A stretch of 64,000 nt of DNA, from positions 38,026 through 102,025 of the forward strand of contig JANPER010000185.1 of the NCBI GenBank assembly GCA_031423015.1, read 5' to 3'. The notes under the pieces were generated by a model that saw nothing but the letters and a program-made list of their open reading frames with translations, ran no database searches and was not told the DNA's origin. This DNA is from Planctomycetota bacterium. GTDB lineage: Bacteria > Planctomycetota > UBA1135 > UBA2386. The translations under genes and the position numbers were made by a program. Of the stretch, positions 39,201 through 47,547 are shown in pieces; positions within the stretch are counted from its first letter, which is position 1, and each line of letters opens with the position of its first letter.

Positions 39201-40094
39201 TCAGCGCTTGCGGCGCAACGCTTGGCGGACCGGCTTGAGCGCCTGCTTCGCGGCGCGCACCATCCGCGGGCCGAGGTACATCAACTGGTTCTTGATGCTG
39301 CGCGCGCCTTGCTGGGTCGGCACGAAGTGCGGGGCGCTCAGACCCTTCTGCGCGGCGACGAAGTAGGGCGGCGTGGCGTCGAAGGCGTAGTCGGCGAGTG
39401 GCATGTATTCGGCGACGTAGGCAACGCGAGACTGCTCGGCCTCGTTGGGGCCGGTGCAGTGCAGCATCAGCGAAGAGAACAGGATGACGTCGCCGGCGGT
39501 GGCGTCGATGCAGACGGTGTCGCCGATGTCGGCTTGCACTTCCATCTGACCGCCGCCCACGAACTTGTGCGGCAGCAGGCCGCGCTTGTGGCTGCCGGGA
39601 GCGAGCGTGAGGGCGCCGTTTTTCTGGCAGGTCTCGGTGAGCGCGATCCAGAGCTGATAGTGCTGGACCTTGAGGTGGTTGTAGCCGTTGTCCTGATGCC
39701 AGCGAAACACGCCCGCGCCTTGGTGCTTGGTCACGGCCTGGTCCATGCAAACCCACAGGTCACCACCGGCGATCGGCCGCAGGAGGTCGATGACGCGCTG
39801 ACTCGCCAGCACGCTGCGCGTGAACTCGCGCCGCAGATAGATGCCGCCGGTGTAGACGATGCCGCGGTCGGTCAACGAGGTCGGCACCTTGTCGGCGGCC
39901 ACGCACTGCTGCACGTCCGCCAGCATCCGCGCCGCCTCCGCCTTGGAGAAGAACCCACGCGCCACGGTGAACCCCTGCTCAGCGAACTCGCGCGCGCGGG
40001 CTTCACCATCATCGCCCGGCGCGAGTGTGCGTTCCGTGATCGGGAAAGGTGAGGCGAGCGTGGTCTGCAAAGGATGGACGCGGTTGTCGGACAC
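39201..40094 (-). CDS. phytanoyl-CoA dioxygenase (PhyH) family Fe(II)/2-oxoglutarate oxygenase
   Basis: Part of ORF 39201..40394. WHQDNGY...(facial triad His/Asp)...LMLHCTGPN. The start is uncertain (GTG 40094 proposed), because the upstream part of the ORF looks non-coding. Confidence 0.75.
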   Translation of the reverse strand: MSDNRVHPLQTTLASPFPITERTLAPGDDGEARAREFAEQGFTVARGFFSKAEAARMLADVQQCVAADKVPTSLTDRGIVYTGGIYLRREFTRSVLASQRVIDLLRPIAGGDLWVCMDQAVTKHQGAGVFRWHQDNGYNHLKVQHYQLWIALTETCQKNGALTLAPGSHKRGLLPHKFVGGGQMEVQADIGDTVCIDATAGDVILFSSLMLHCTGPNEAEQSRVAYVAEYMPLADYAFDATPPYFVAAQKGLSAPHFVPTQQGARSIKNQLMYLGPRMVRAAKQALKPVRQALRRKR

Positions 40095-40380
40095 AGCTGG
40101 CGGCGAACGCGCAGCGTCATCGCAAGCCACAGGCAGTATCGTCAATCGCCCGAGACGAAGCGGAGTCACGCAGCAAGGCTCGGTGCACGCGGCAGATGGA
40201 GACAACACGGGCAACTTCGCTGCGCCTGTCCTTGCCAAACACCTACCGAGCCATCGAAGTGCGCCACGACCTGAGCACGCTTGACTCGCGTTGGCCAACG
40301 CTGCATCGTTCCGCGCGTTGCGGGGCCGAGTCGCTTCCGCGACGTGTTGACAAAACAAGAAGGAACCCGAAGGAGACCAC

Positions 40381-42432
40381 GTGAGCCTACGCAACGCTCT
40401 CAGCCTGACGCTTCTGGCGTCCGTGTCATTCGTCCCCGCACAGAACCTCGCCGACTACTACGTGAACGGGATCACTGGACGGGATGTGCCCGGTGGCGGC
40501 TCGCCCAGCATGCCGTGGAAGACGATCACCTACGCGATCACCCAGATCCCGCCGATCATCCAACCGACCGAGTGGAACACGCTGTACGTCGAGGGTGACC
40601 AGGTCTACTCGGCGAGCACGAACGGCGACGCACTGCCGATTCGCCCCGCCTACAACCTTTGGATCGAAGGCTCGTTCGTCGGCCACGGCCGCATGCCGAT
40701 CCTGCGGCCCGCCGCGGGCGGCATCAGCGTCCTTTACGACCCGGCGATCGTCTATCAGCGCAACCCGTCGACGCTGCGCTACCTGGTGTTCGAGGGCGGC
40801 GCCTACGGCGTGTCGATGGGCAACTCCGCCGGGCAGCGCCACCGCCCGCGCATTCAAGACTGCACGTTCCGCGGGCAGTCGCAGGCCGGGGCGCGGGTGA
40901 CCGATGCGGGACCTTCGCGCGGCAACGACCCCCGTTTCTTCCAGTCGCTGTTTACCGACGCACCGCGCGGCATCGAGATCGCGACGACAACCTCGGGCGC
41001 CGTCGTGTTTCCCGATGTCGAGGAGTGCACGTTCACCGGCTTGCGCGACGCGGCGATCCATCTCGACGACAACAGCACCGGCGGCAACGTCGGCGGTCTG
41101 TTCCGCTCGAACTGGTTCCGCAGCTGTGCGCGCGGCGTGCACGTGCGCGCCGGGGCATCGGCGACGACGACGAACTTCGAGGTCTACTCGTGCTCGTTCA
41201 CCGACATCGCCAACGAGGGCGTGTTCTTCGATCTGGTGCGGCCGCCGGATCCAGCGGCGAGAATCGAGATGTGCTCATTCCTGCGCTGTGGTCACGGCGT
41301 GGCTCTGGTCGGTGCCCTGGCCGCCGGTTCCTACAGCCTGCACATGCACAACAACGTGGCGTCCGCCTGTCGCAACAACGGACTGCACGTAGACCTGTCC
41401 GGGGTAGGCACGTGCAGCATCGACACCGCGGACAATCTCTTCGAGCGCTGTAACGTCGGCGTGAGTCTCCTCGCACGCAGCGGCGTGCAGTTGAACTTCC
41501 AGTCGGTGCGCGACCGCGCGCTGCGCAACAACACGGGCATGCGCCTGCAGGGCAGCAGCCTGCCCAGCAGCATCACCGTGCAGTCGGCGATGATCTGCGG
41601 CAACACTGCGCGTGGCTTGACGCTGCTCGGCTCGGCACCGATTTTGGCGCAGAGCCTGACGGTGGCAGACAACGCGACGGGCGTCGACAGCGGCGCGACG
41701 GCGGCGACGCTCACGCATTGCATCCTCGACGGCAACGCCATCAACGTGACTGGCTCCCCCACCATCACCTACAGCTCGTTCCAGGGGTCGTCGTACCCTG
41801 GCGTCGGCAACCTCAACTTCACCGACCCGCAGCTCATCCGGCCGCTCTACAAGCTGTCGCTTGGCTCGCTCTGCATCGATCGCGGCAACCTGAGCACACC
41901 GCTGCCCGCCACCGACTACGAGGGCGACCCGCGCGCCAGCGTCAGCCGGCCGAACGGTAGTGCGCTGCCCGACCTCGGCGCCGACGAATACATGCAGCGC
42001 GGCTCCGCGCACAAGTACGGCCTGCGCGGCTTCGGCTACTACAACTTCTTCCCCGAGATCAGCTCGTCGAACACACAGGTCGTCATCGGTAGCACGCTCA
42101 ACGTCGACCTGAGCGGCGCGATCCTGCCGGTGTTCGGGGTGCCAGCGCGCGACGCGTTCTTGAGCCTGGGCCTGCGCGACGACTCGGCCGGCCTACCGTT
42201 CGACCTCACCGTGGTCGGCGCACCCGGCAGCCTGCTCTGGAACGAAGTCAACCTGGTGGTCGGCCTGTTCCCGGTGACGCCGCAAGGCACGGCCTCGGTG
42301 CCGCTCGGCATCCCGCCACTCACGCTGTTCGTCGGCCAGACGCTCACGTTCCAGTGGTTTGCCAATCAGCGCTCGGCGAACCCATTCGGCCCGGTGGCCA
42401 GCGACGGTCTGCGGGTAACGATCGGGCAGTAG
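40381..42432 (+). CDS. secreted right-handed beta-helix repeat protein with shared C-terminal module
   Basis: 683 aa. Signal peptide MSLRNALSLTLLASVSFVPAQ. Many parallel beta-helix repeat units (IQDCTFRGQ, VEECTFTGL, VYSCSFTDI, IEMCSFLRC...). Confidence 0.85.
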   Translation: MSLRNALSLTLLASVSFVPAQNLADYYVNGITGRDVPGGGSPSMPWKTITYAITQIPPIIQPTEWNTLYVEGDQVYSASTNGDALPIRPAYNLWIEGSFVGHGRMPILRPAAGGISVLYDPAIVYQRNPSTLRYLVFEGGAYGVSMGNSAGQRHRPRIQDCTFRGQSQAGARVTDAGPSRGNDPRFFQSLFTDAPRGIEIATTTSGAVVFPDVEECTFTGLRDAAIHLDDNSTGGNVGGLFRSNWFRSCARGVHVRAGASATTTNFEVYSCSFTDIANEGVFFDLVRPPDPAARIEMCSFLRCGHGVALVGALAAGSYSLHMHNNVASACRNNGLHVDLSGVGTCSIDTADNLFERCNVGVSLLARSGVQLNFQSVRDRALRNNTGMRLQGSSLPSSITVQSAMICGNTARGLTLLGSAPILAQSLTVADNATGVDSGATAATLTHCILDGNAINVTGSPTITYSSFQGSSYPGVGNLNFTDPQLIRPLYKLSLGSLCIDRGNLSTPLPATDYEGDPRASVSRPNGSALPDLGADEYMQRGSAHKYGLRGFGYYNFFPEISSSNTQVVIGSTLNVDLSGAILPVFGVPARDAFLSLGLRDDSAGLPFDLTVVGAPGSLLWNEVNLVVGLFPVTPQGTASVPLGIPPLTLFVGQTLTFQWFANQRSANPFGPVASDGLRVTIGQ

Positions 42433-42444
42433 CAACGGGCCGCG

Positions 42445-42475
42445 CGTCGACTGTCGCAGAAAGCAGCAGTCGACG
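42445..42475 (+). terminator. hairpin downstream of the beta-helix gene (9-bp stem CGTCGACTG / CAGTCGACG)
   Basis: Read directly. It lies 13 nt after the stop at 42432. No U-tract, so at best a non-canonical terminator. Confidence 0.3.
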
Positions 42476-42541
42476 AACGAATCTGCCGCGACGCCGCGCC
42501 ACGCTCAGTCTTTGCGACATCGGCCGCCGATATCGGAGAGA

Positions 42542-42563
42542 CCCCTTCTCGCGTGCGAAGGGG
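42542..42563 (+). promoter_or_regulatory. hairpin CCCCTTC-N8-GAAGGGG overlapping the pilT Shine-Dalgarno region
   Basis: Read directly. The 3' arm runs into GGGGGAG, which is the only SD-like element before ATG 42576. Confidence 0.3.
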
Positions 42564-42575
42564 GAGCACACGAGC

Positions 42576-43748
42576 ATGGCCAAGATCGACGCATTTTTCC
42601 GGCTGATGAACGCGCAAGGCGCCTCCGACCTGCACATGACAGCCGGCTGTCAGCCGTGCCTGCGGATCAACGGCGACCTCGAGCCCATCAAGTACAAGGA
42701 ACTCCACGACGACGAGCTGATGGCGTTGCTCGGCGAGATCGCGCCAGAGCAGAAGCTGAAGACCTTCGAGGAGACCGGCGACATCGACTTCGCCTACGAG
42801 ATCCGCGGGCTCGGACGCTATCGCGCCAACTACTTCCGGCAGGCGTCGGGGTGCGGCGCGGTGTTCCGCCACATCCCGAGCAAGATCATGACCATCGAGC
42901 AGCTCGGCTTGCCGTCGATCACGCGGCAGTTGGCGATGCTCGACAAGGGACTCGTGCTGGTCACCGGCGCCACCGGCTCGGGCAAGTCGACGACGCTCGC
43001 GGCCATCGTCGATTACGCCAACAAGAACCGGCGCGACCACATCCTCACCATCGAGGATCCGATCGAGTTCCGGCACACGCGCGTCAACTGCCTGATCAAC
43101 CACCGCGAGGTCGGCCAGCACACCAAGAGCTTCGCCGCGGCGCTGCGCGGCGCCCTACGCGAAGACCCCGACATCATTCTGGTGGGCGAGCTGCGCGATC
43201 TGGAGACCATCCAGCTGGCGCTCGAAGCGGCGGCCACCGGCCACTTGGTGCTCGCCACGCTGCACACGCCGAGCGCGATGAAGACCGTCGATCGCATCAT
43301 CGACGTGTTCCCCACGGACGCGCAGGAGCAGGTGCGCACCACGCTGTCGGAGTCGCTCAAAGGCGTGGTGTCGCAGACGCTGTTCCGGCGCGCGGACGGA
43401 CGCGGGCGCGTCGCGGCGCTGGAGATCATGGTGAACACACCGGCGGTCGCTAACCTGGTGCGCGAGGGCAAGACGCATCAGCTCGTGAACGTGCTGCAGA
43501 CCGGCAGGAAGGTCGGCATGCAGATGATGGACGACGCGATCTCCGATCTGCTCGACGCCCGCAAGATCGGCGCCGAGGAGGCGTTCGACCGCTCGGTCGA
43601 AAAGAAGCGCTTCATCGAGCGCCTGCCGATCGTGCCCGAGGAGTACCGCGAGATGCTCGAGGAGGTGCGCGCCCGGTCGGGCAACACGTCGACCCAAGAT
43701 CGCCGCGCCCCCGACCGCCGCGCGCCCAACCCGCAGGCGAGCCGATGA
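42576..43748 (+). CDS. pilT: type IV pilus retraction ATPase PilT
   Basis: Internal ATG of ORF 42354..43748: MAKIDAFFRLMNAQGASDLHM... Walker A GATGSGKSTT, LTIEDPIEF, and the PilT signature AVANLVREGKTHQL. About 45 extra C-terminal residues. Confidence 0.9.
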   Translation: MAKIDAFFRLMNAQGASDLHMTAGCQPCLRINGDLEPIKYKELHDDELMALLGEIAPEQKLKTFEETGDIDFAYEIRGLGRYRANYFRQASGCGAVFRHIPSKIMTIEQLGLPSITRQLAMLDKGLVLVTGATGSGKSTTLAAIVDYANKNRRDHILTIEDPIEFRHTRVNCLINHREVGQHTKSFAAALRGALREDPDIILVGELRDLETIQLALEAAATGHLVLATLHTPSAMKTVDRIIDVFPTDAQEQVRTTLSESLKGVVSQTLFRRADGRGRVAALEIMVNTPAVANLVREGKTHQLVNVLQTGRKVGMQMMDDAISDLLDARKIGAEEAFDRSVEKKRFIERLPIVPEEYREMLEEVRARSGNTSTQDRRAPDRRAPNPQASR

Positions 43749-44920
43749 TCACCAGCGCCATGCGTCCCGAGCTTTTGGAGATCGACAACCTGCTCGACGA
43801 GGTGTTGCACGCGCGCAAGCGCATCTCCGACGTCAACCTGTCGGTCGGCAAACCGCCGCAGATGGAGGCCGACGGCCGCCTGCTGCCGATGCTCGGCCGC
43901 CCACCGCTCACCGCCGACGACACCATGCGCATGGCGCGCGTGTTCCTCGGCGACTCCGGACGCCTGGTGAGCCAACTCGAAGAGAACGGCTCGTGCGACT
44001 GCGCCTACGGCATGGCCAGCGGCGCGCGCTTCCGCGTCAACATCTTCAAAGCCGCCGGCAACATCGGCGTCGTGCTGCGCGTGCTGCCCACCGACATCCC
44101 GAGCTTCGAGTCGCTCAACATGCCGCCGATCATCAAGGAGCTGACGGCGCTCACCAACGGCTTGGTGCTGGTGACCGGCGCGACCGGCTCGGGCAAGTCG
44201 ACGACGCTGGCCTCGGTGATCGACCAGATCAACAAGACCCAGTCGGTGCACATTGTCACCCTCGAGGATCCGATCGAGTTCCGGCACGAGCACAAGTGCG
44301 CGACGGTGAATCAGCGCGAGCTGGGTAAGGACTTCACGACGTTCGCCGACGGCCTGCGCGCCGCGTTGCGTCAAGCGCCCAAGATCATCCTCGTGGGCGA
44401 GATCCGCGACCGCGACACCGTGGAGATCGCGCTCAAGGCCGCCGAAACCGGCCACTTGGTGCTCAGCACCATGCACACCATCGACGCCGGCCAGACCATC
44501 AACCGCGTCGTCGGCATGTTCGAGTCGGGCGAGCAGCGCGTGATCCGCGTGCGCCTCGCCGACATGCTGCGCATGGTGGTGTCGCAGCGGTTGCTGCCGC
44601 GCGAGCGCGGCGGCCGCATCGCCGCCGTGGAGGTGATGGGCAACAACCTGCCGGTGCGCGAGATGATCGAGCAGGGCGAGACGCCGGAACGCACGTTCTA
44701 CGACCTGATCCGCGACGGCAACCGCATCGGCTGGCAGACTTTCGACCAGCACATCGCCCGCATCTACAAGGACCGCGTCGTCACCGAGGACGTCGCCTTC
44801 GCCTACTGCAGCGACAAATCGGCGCTGCGGCACACCATCGACGAGATCAAGACCGAGCGCGGCGAGGACACGTCTGACCTCGGCGACCTGGAGATGGCCA
44901 AGCCGGCTAGGAGGAAGTGA
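43745..44920 (+). CDS. PilT/PilU-family hexameric ATPase paralog
   Basis: 391 aa with ATGA overlap with pilT. Walker A GATGSGKSTT, VTLEDPIEF, ILVGEIRD. The PilT AIRNLIRE-type motif is degenerate (PVREMIEQGETPE). Confidence 0.88.
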   Translation: MITSAMRPELLEIDNLLDEVLHARKRISDVNLSVGKPPQMEADGRLLPMLGRPPLTADDTMRMARVFLGDSGRLVSQLEENGSCDCAYGMASGARFRVNIFKAAGNIGVVLRVLPTDIPSFESLNMPPIIKELTALTNGLVLVTGATGSGKSTTLASVIDQINKTQSVHIVTLEDPIEFRHEHKCATVNQRELGKDFTTFADGLRAALRQAPKIILVGEIRDRDTVEIALKAAETGHLVLSTMHTIDAGQTINRVVGMFESGEQRVIRVRLADMLRMVVSQRLLPRERGGRIAAVEVMGNNLPVREMIEQGETPERTFYDLIRDGNRIGWQTFDQHIARIYKDRVVTEDVAFAYCSDKSALRHTIDEIKTERGEDTSDLGDLEMAKPARRK

Positions 44921-44923
44921 ACG

Positions 44924-46393
44924 ATGTCCCTGTTTCGACGCAGCAACGCGAGCTTCGACGAGCTCGTGACCAAGTTGAAGAACCCAGCGACCATCCAGCT
45001 CGACGTCATCGACGAGGTGCTGGTGCAGCTCACGACGCACGCCGAGGCGACGCCGCGCAAGCTGGCGTTCCTGCTGTCGGCGGACAACCCCAAGATCCGC
45101 GAGGGTGGCTTCACCTACATCGCCGCCACCGCCGCGCGCGACTGCGCCGAGCTGATGATCGACGCCATCGCCGCGGCACCCGTGCAACGCCGGCGCGAGA
45201 TGACGCAGCTCCTGTGGCGGCTCGAACGCGGCCACGTGGTGGACACGTTGCGCCGGGCCTTCACCACGACCACGCCGACCAAAGACCTGCGCACCGTCGT
45301 GCTCGAGATCATCGCTTACAGCGCCTCGGTGCAGGAGTTCTTGGGCCCGCTCAAGACGGCGCTGCGGCCGGAGAACACGTCGACGCTGCGTCGACTGGCG
45401 GTGCGACAACTGCGCCGCGTTAGCACCGACCCGACCATCGCGCTGATGCTGCGCGAGCTCGTGCACGACGACGATGAGCACGTGCGCGGCGAAGCGATCT
45501 GGGCGCTGTGCGATCGGCCGACGCCCGACATGGTCGTGACCCTATTCGCGCGCTTGCCGCACGAGAAGAAGGACGTGCAACAGGCGATCGTCGACGCGCT
45601 CGCTCGTCTGGCGAAGCAATGCAGCGCGCAGATGGAGGAGCCGCTGTTCACGGTGCTCGCCGACGAGAATGCCGAGGCGCGCGCGATGGCGGCCAAGCTC
45701 CTCAGCCAGTTGCCCGACACCGTGGGCGTGCTGCGCCGCCTGCTGGAATACAACCGCGGCCTGGCGCAGTGGCTGCGCGAGCGATCCTTGGACGCGCTCG
45801 TCACCATCGCCAGTGAACTCAGCGAGCCGCTGTCCAAGCTGATGTTCGCCGACAACCAAGACGTGCGCATGGCGGCGATGCTGCTCGCCGCGCGCTGGAA
45901 CCACCCCTCGATCGTGCCGCACGTCACCAAGGTGTGGCTGACCGACAAGGACTGGTGGAGCTGCTCGGTCGCCGCCGACATCTTGGCGCGCTTTCCCACG
46001 CCGCAGACCTACGCCGCGCTCACGCAGCGGGCAGGCGACCCCGACCTGCGCTTCTCGGTCGTGCACGCGATGCGCGCGTTCAAGACCAACGAGGCGACGC
46101 AGGTCCTGTTGCAGAGCCTGAGTGATCCGGACCGCTCGGTGCGCTGCACCGCGCTCGAAGGCCTGCACGAGCGCGTGACGGAGCAGGTGTCGCGCGCCGT
46201 GCTGAAGGTGGCGGAGAGCGACGCCGAGTTGCAGGTACGTCAAGTCGCCGAGGAGGCGCTCGCGACGCTCGGGCCGAAGGGCAAGGAGATGCTCACGACG
46301 CTGCAATCGAGGAACGCGGTGGCGAGCCCGGTGGACCTCGGCCCGATCGAGCTGGAGATGGAGACCACGGCGCCGCCGACGCAAACCGGGTAG
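44924..46393 (+). CDS. HEAT-repeat protein
   Basis: 489 aa with AGGAGG 8 nt upstream. Repeated ...D.D..VR..A..AL units (DEHVRGEAIWALC, NAEARAMAAKLL, DVRMAAMLLAA, DPDRSVRCTALEGL, ELQVRQVAEEAL). Confidence 0.8.
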   Translation: MSLFRRSNASFDELVTKLKNPATIQLDVIDEVLVQLTTHAEATPRKLAFLLSADNPKIREGGFTYIAATAARDCAELMIDAIAAAPVQRRREMTQLLWRLERGHVVDTLRRAFTTTTPTKDLRTVVLEIIAYSASVQEFLGPLKTALRPENTSTLRRLAVRQLRRVSTDPTIALMLRELVHDDDEHVRGEAIWALCDRPTPDMVVTLFARLPHEKKDVQQAIVDALARLAKQCSAQMEEPLFTVLADENAEARAMAAKLLSQLPDTVGVLRRLLEYNRGLAQWLRERSLDALVTIASELSEPLSKLMFADNQDVRMAAMLLAARWNHPSIVPHVTKVWLTDKDWWSCSVAADILARFPTPQTYAALTQRAGDPDLRFSVVHAMRAFKTNEATQVLLQSLSDPDRSVRCTALEGLHERVTEQVSRAVLKVAESDAELQVRQVAEEALATLGPKGKEMLTTLQSRNAVASPVDLGPIELEMETTAPPTQTG

Positions 46394-46524
46394 GTTCGCG
46401 GCCGCTGCGAGGACTCGCGCCCCTCTGCAACGCGCCAGAGCGACAGCAGGCCGCCCGCTTGCCATGCATAACCAAACCGCATAGCCTGTGGCCTCGCAAC
46501 GTTTCAACCTCCTCGCTCAACCCC

Positions 46525-47490
46525 ATGCGCAAGAAGCCCCTTCTCGTCATTTCTGTACCGATCGCCATCGCGGTCGGTTTCGAACTACCGTCAATGAGCA
46601 CCGGCATGTACGTCCCGGGAATCACCCGCTCGGCACCCGCGTGTGGGCAGTGCCACAGTCCGACGCCGGGGGCCGCCATCGGCTTTCCGCGCATCTCGGT
46701 CTTGGTGCAGCCATCTGTGCGCTCGCTGGCAAGCGGCCAGTCGATCTCGATCGCAATCGCCGCCAGCGGCGGCCAGACCGCGTCGACGCTCGGAGGGTTT
46801 GCGTGCGACACGACCGCCGGCACCTTCTCGGCGGGCGTGAACACGGTGCTGGTACCGCCAAACCGCGCCATCACGCACAGCAACTCGAGTTCGCGGAGTT
46901 GGTCGTTTGGCTACACAGCGCCAACAACGCCGGGCGTCGTGTCCTTGTATGCCGTAAGCAACACCGTCAACGGCGACATGCTCAACGGCCCGGAGGACAT
47001 GTGGGCGTTTCATGGTGCCGACGACCAGGACACCAACAGCACCCCGGCGTATCTGTTCGTGAACGCCAACGGCGTGCAGAACGTCGGCCGGAGCTGTGCC
47101 GGCGCCTTTGGCAACGTGCCTGTGCTCGGCAGCGCGCAGGTGCCCAGCGTCGGCAACGCCAGCTTCGCGCTCGAGATGCACGGCGCGCCGCCGTTGTCGC
47201 CGGTCGGGCTCATGTTGGGCGGAGCCCTCTTCCCGGTGCCCATTGACCTCACCTCAATTGGCGTGAACGGTTGCGAGCTCTACTTCAATCCGTTCGTCTC
47301 GATTGCGGGCGCGACCGGCCCCGGCAACCCTCGCTACGGCGAGGGTGTAGCACTGATCCCGTTGCCGATCCCCAACAACCAGTCATTGCGCGGCGGCGTG
47401 CTGTACCTCCACGCTTACGTGCTCGATCTCGGCAGCGGCCGAGCCATTCCGATCACGCTGACCAACGCGCTGGCGGTGACGCTGCAATAG
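46525..47490 (+). CDS. secreted protein with single CxxCH motif and shared C-terminal module
   Basis: Internal ATG of ORF 46459..47490: MRKKPLLVISVPIAIAVGF... The motif is ACGQCH. The C-terminus contains PIDLTSIGVNGCELYF...LPIPNNQSLRGG. Confidence 0.75.
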   Translation: MRKKPLLVISVPIAIAVGFELPSMSTGMYVPGITRSAPACGQCHSPTPGAAIGFPRISVLVQPSVRSLASGQSISIAIAASGGQTASTLGGFACDTTAGTFSAGVNTVLVPPNRAITHSNSSSRSWSFGYTAPTTPGVVSLYAVSNTVNGDMLNGPEDMWAFHGADDQDTNSTPAYLFVNANGVQNVGRSCAGAFGNVPVLGSAQVPSVGNASFALEMHGAPPLSPVGLMLGGALFPVPIDLTSIGVNGCELYFNPFVSIAGATGPGNPRYGEGVALIPLPIPNNQSLRGGVLYLHAYVLDLGSGRAIPITLTNALAVTLQ

Positions 47491-47512
47491 CCAAGGGTCG
47501 CCGGGCGAGTTG

Positions 47513-47537
47513 GTGGGGGTCCCGCGCTGGTCCCCAC
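47513..47537 (+). terminator. hairpin GTGGGG...CCCCAC after the 46525..47490 gene
   Basis: Read directly. It lies immediately left of the IS target duplication. No U-tract. Confidence 0.3.
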
Positions 47538-47547
47538 GTCCGTTAGG

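Noticed and set aside
47536-47540. ACGTC at 47536-47540 and 49515-49519 as the IS target-site duplication, with longer imperfect inverted repeats.
   Set aside because: The GTTAGG copies abut perfect 10-bp inverted repeats directly, which is the simpler model. The ACGTC copies are separated from the ends by unequal spacers (1 nt versus 3 nt).
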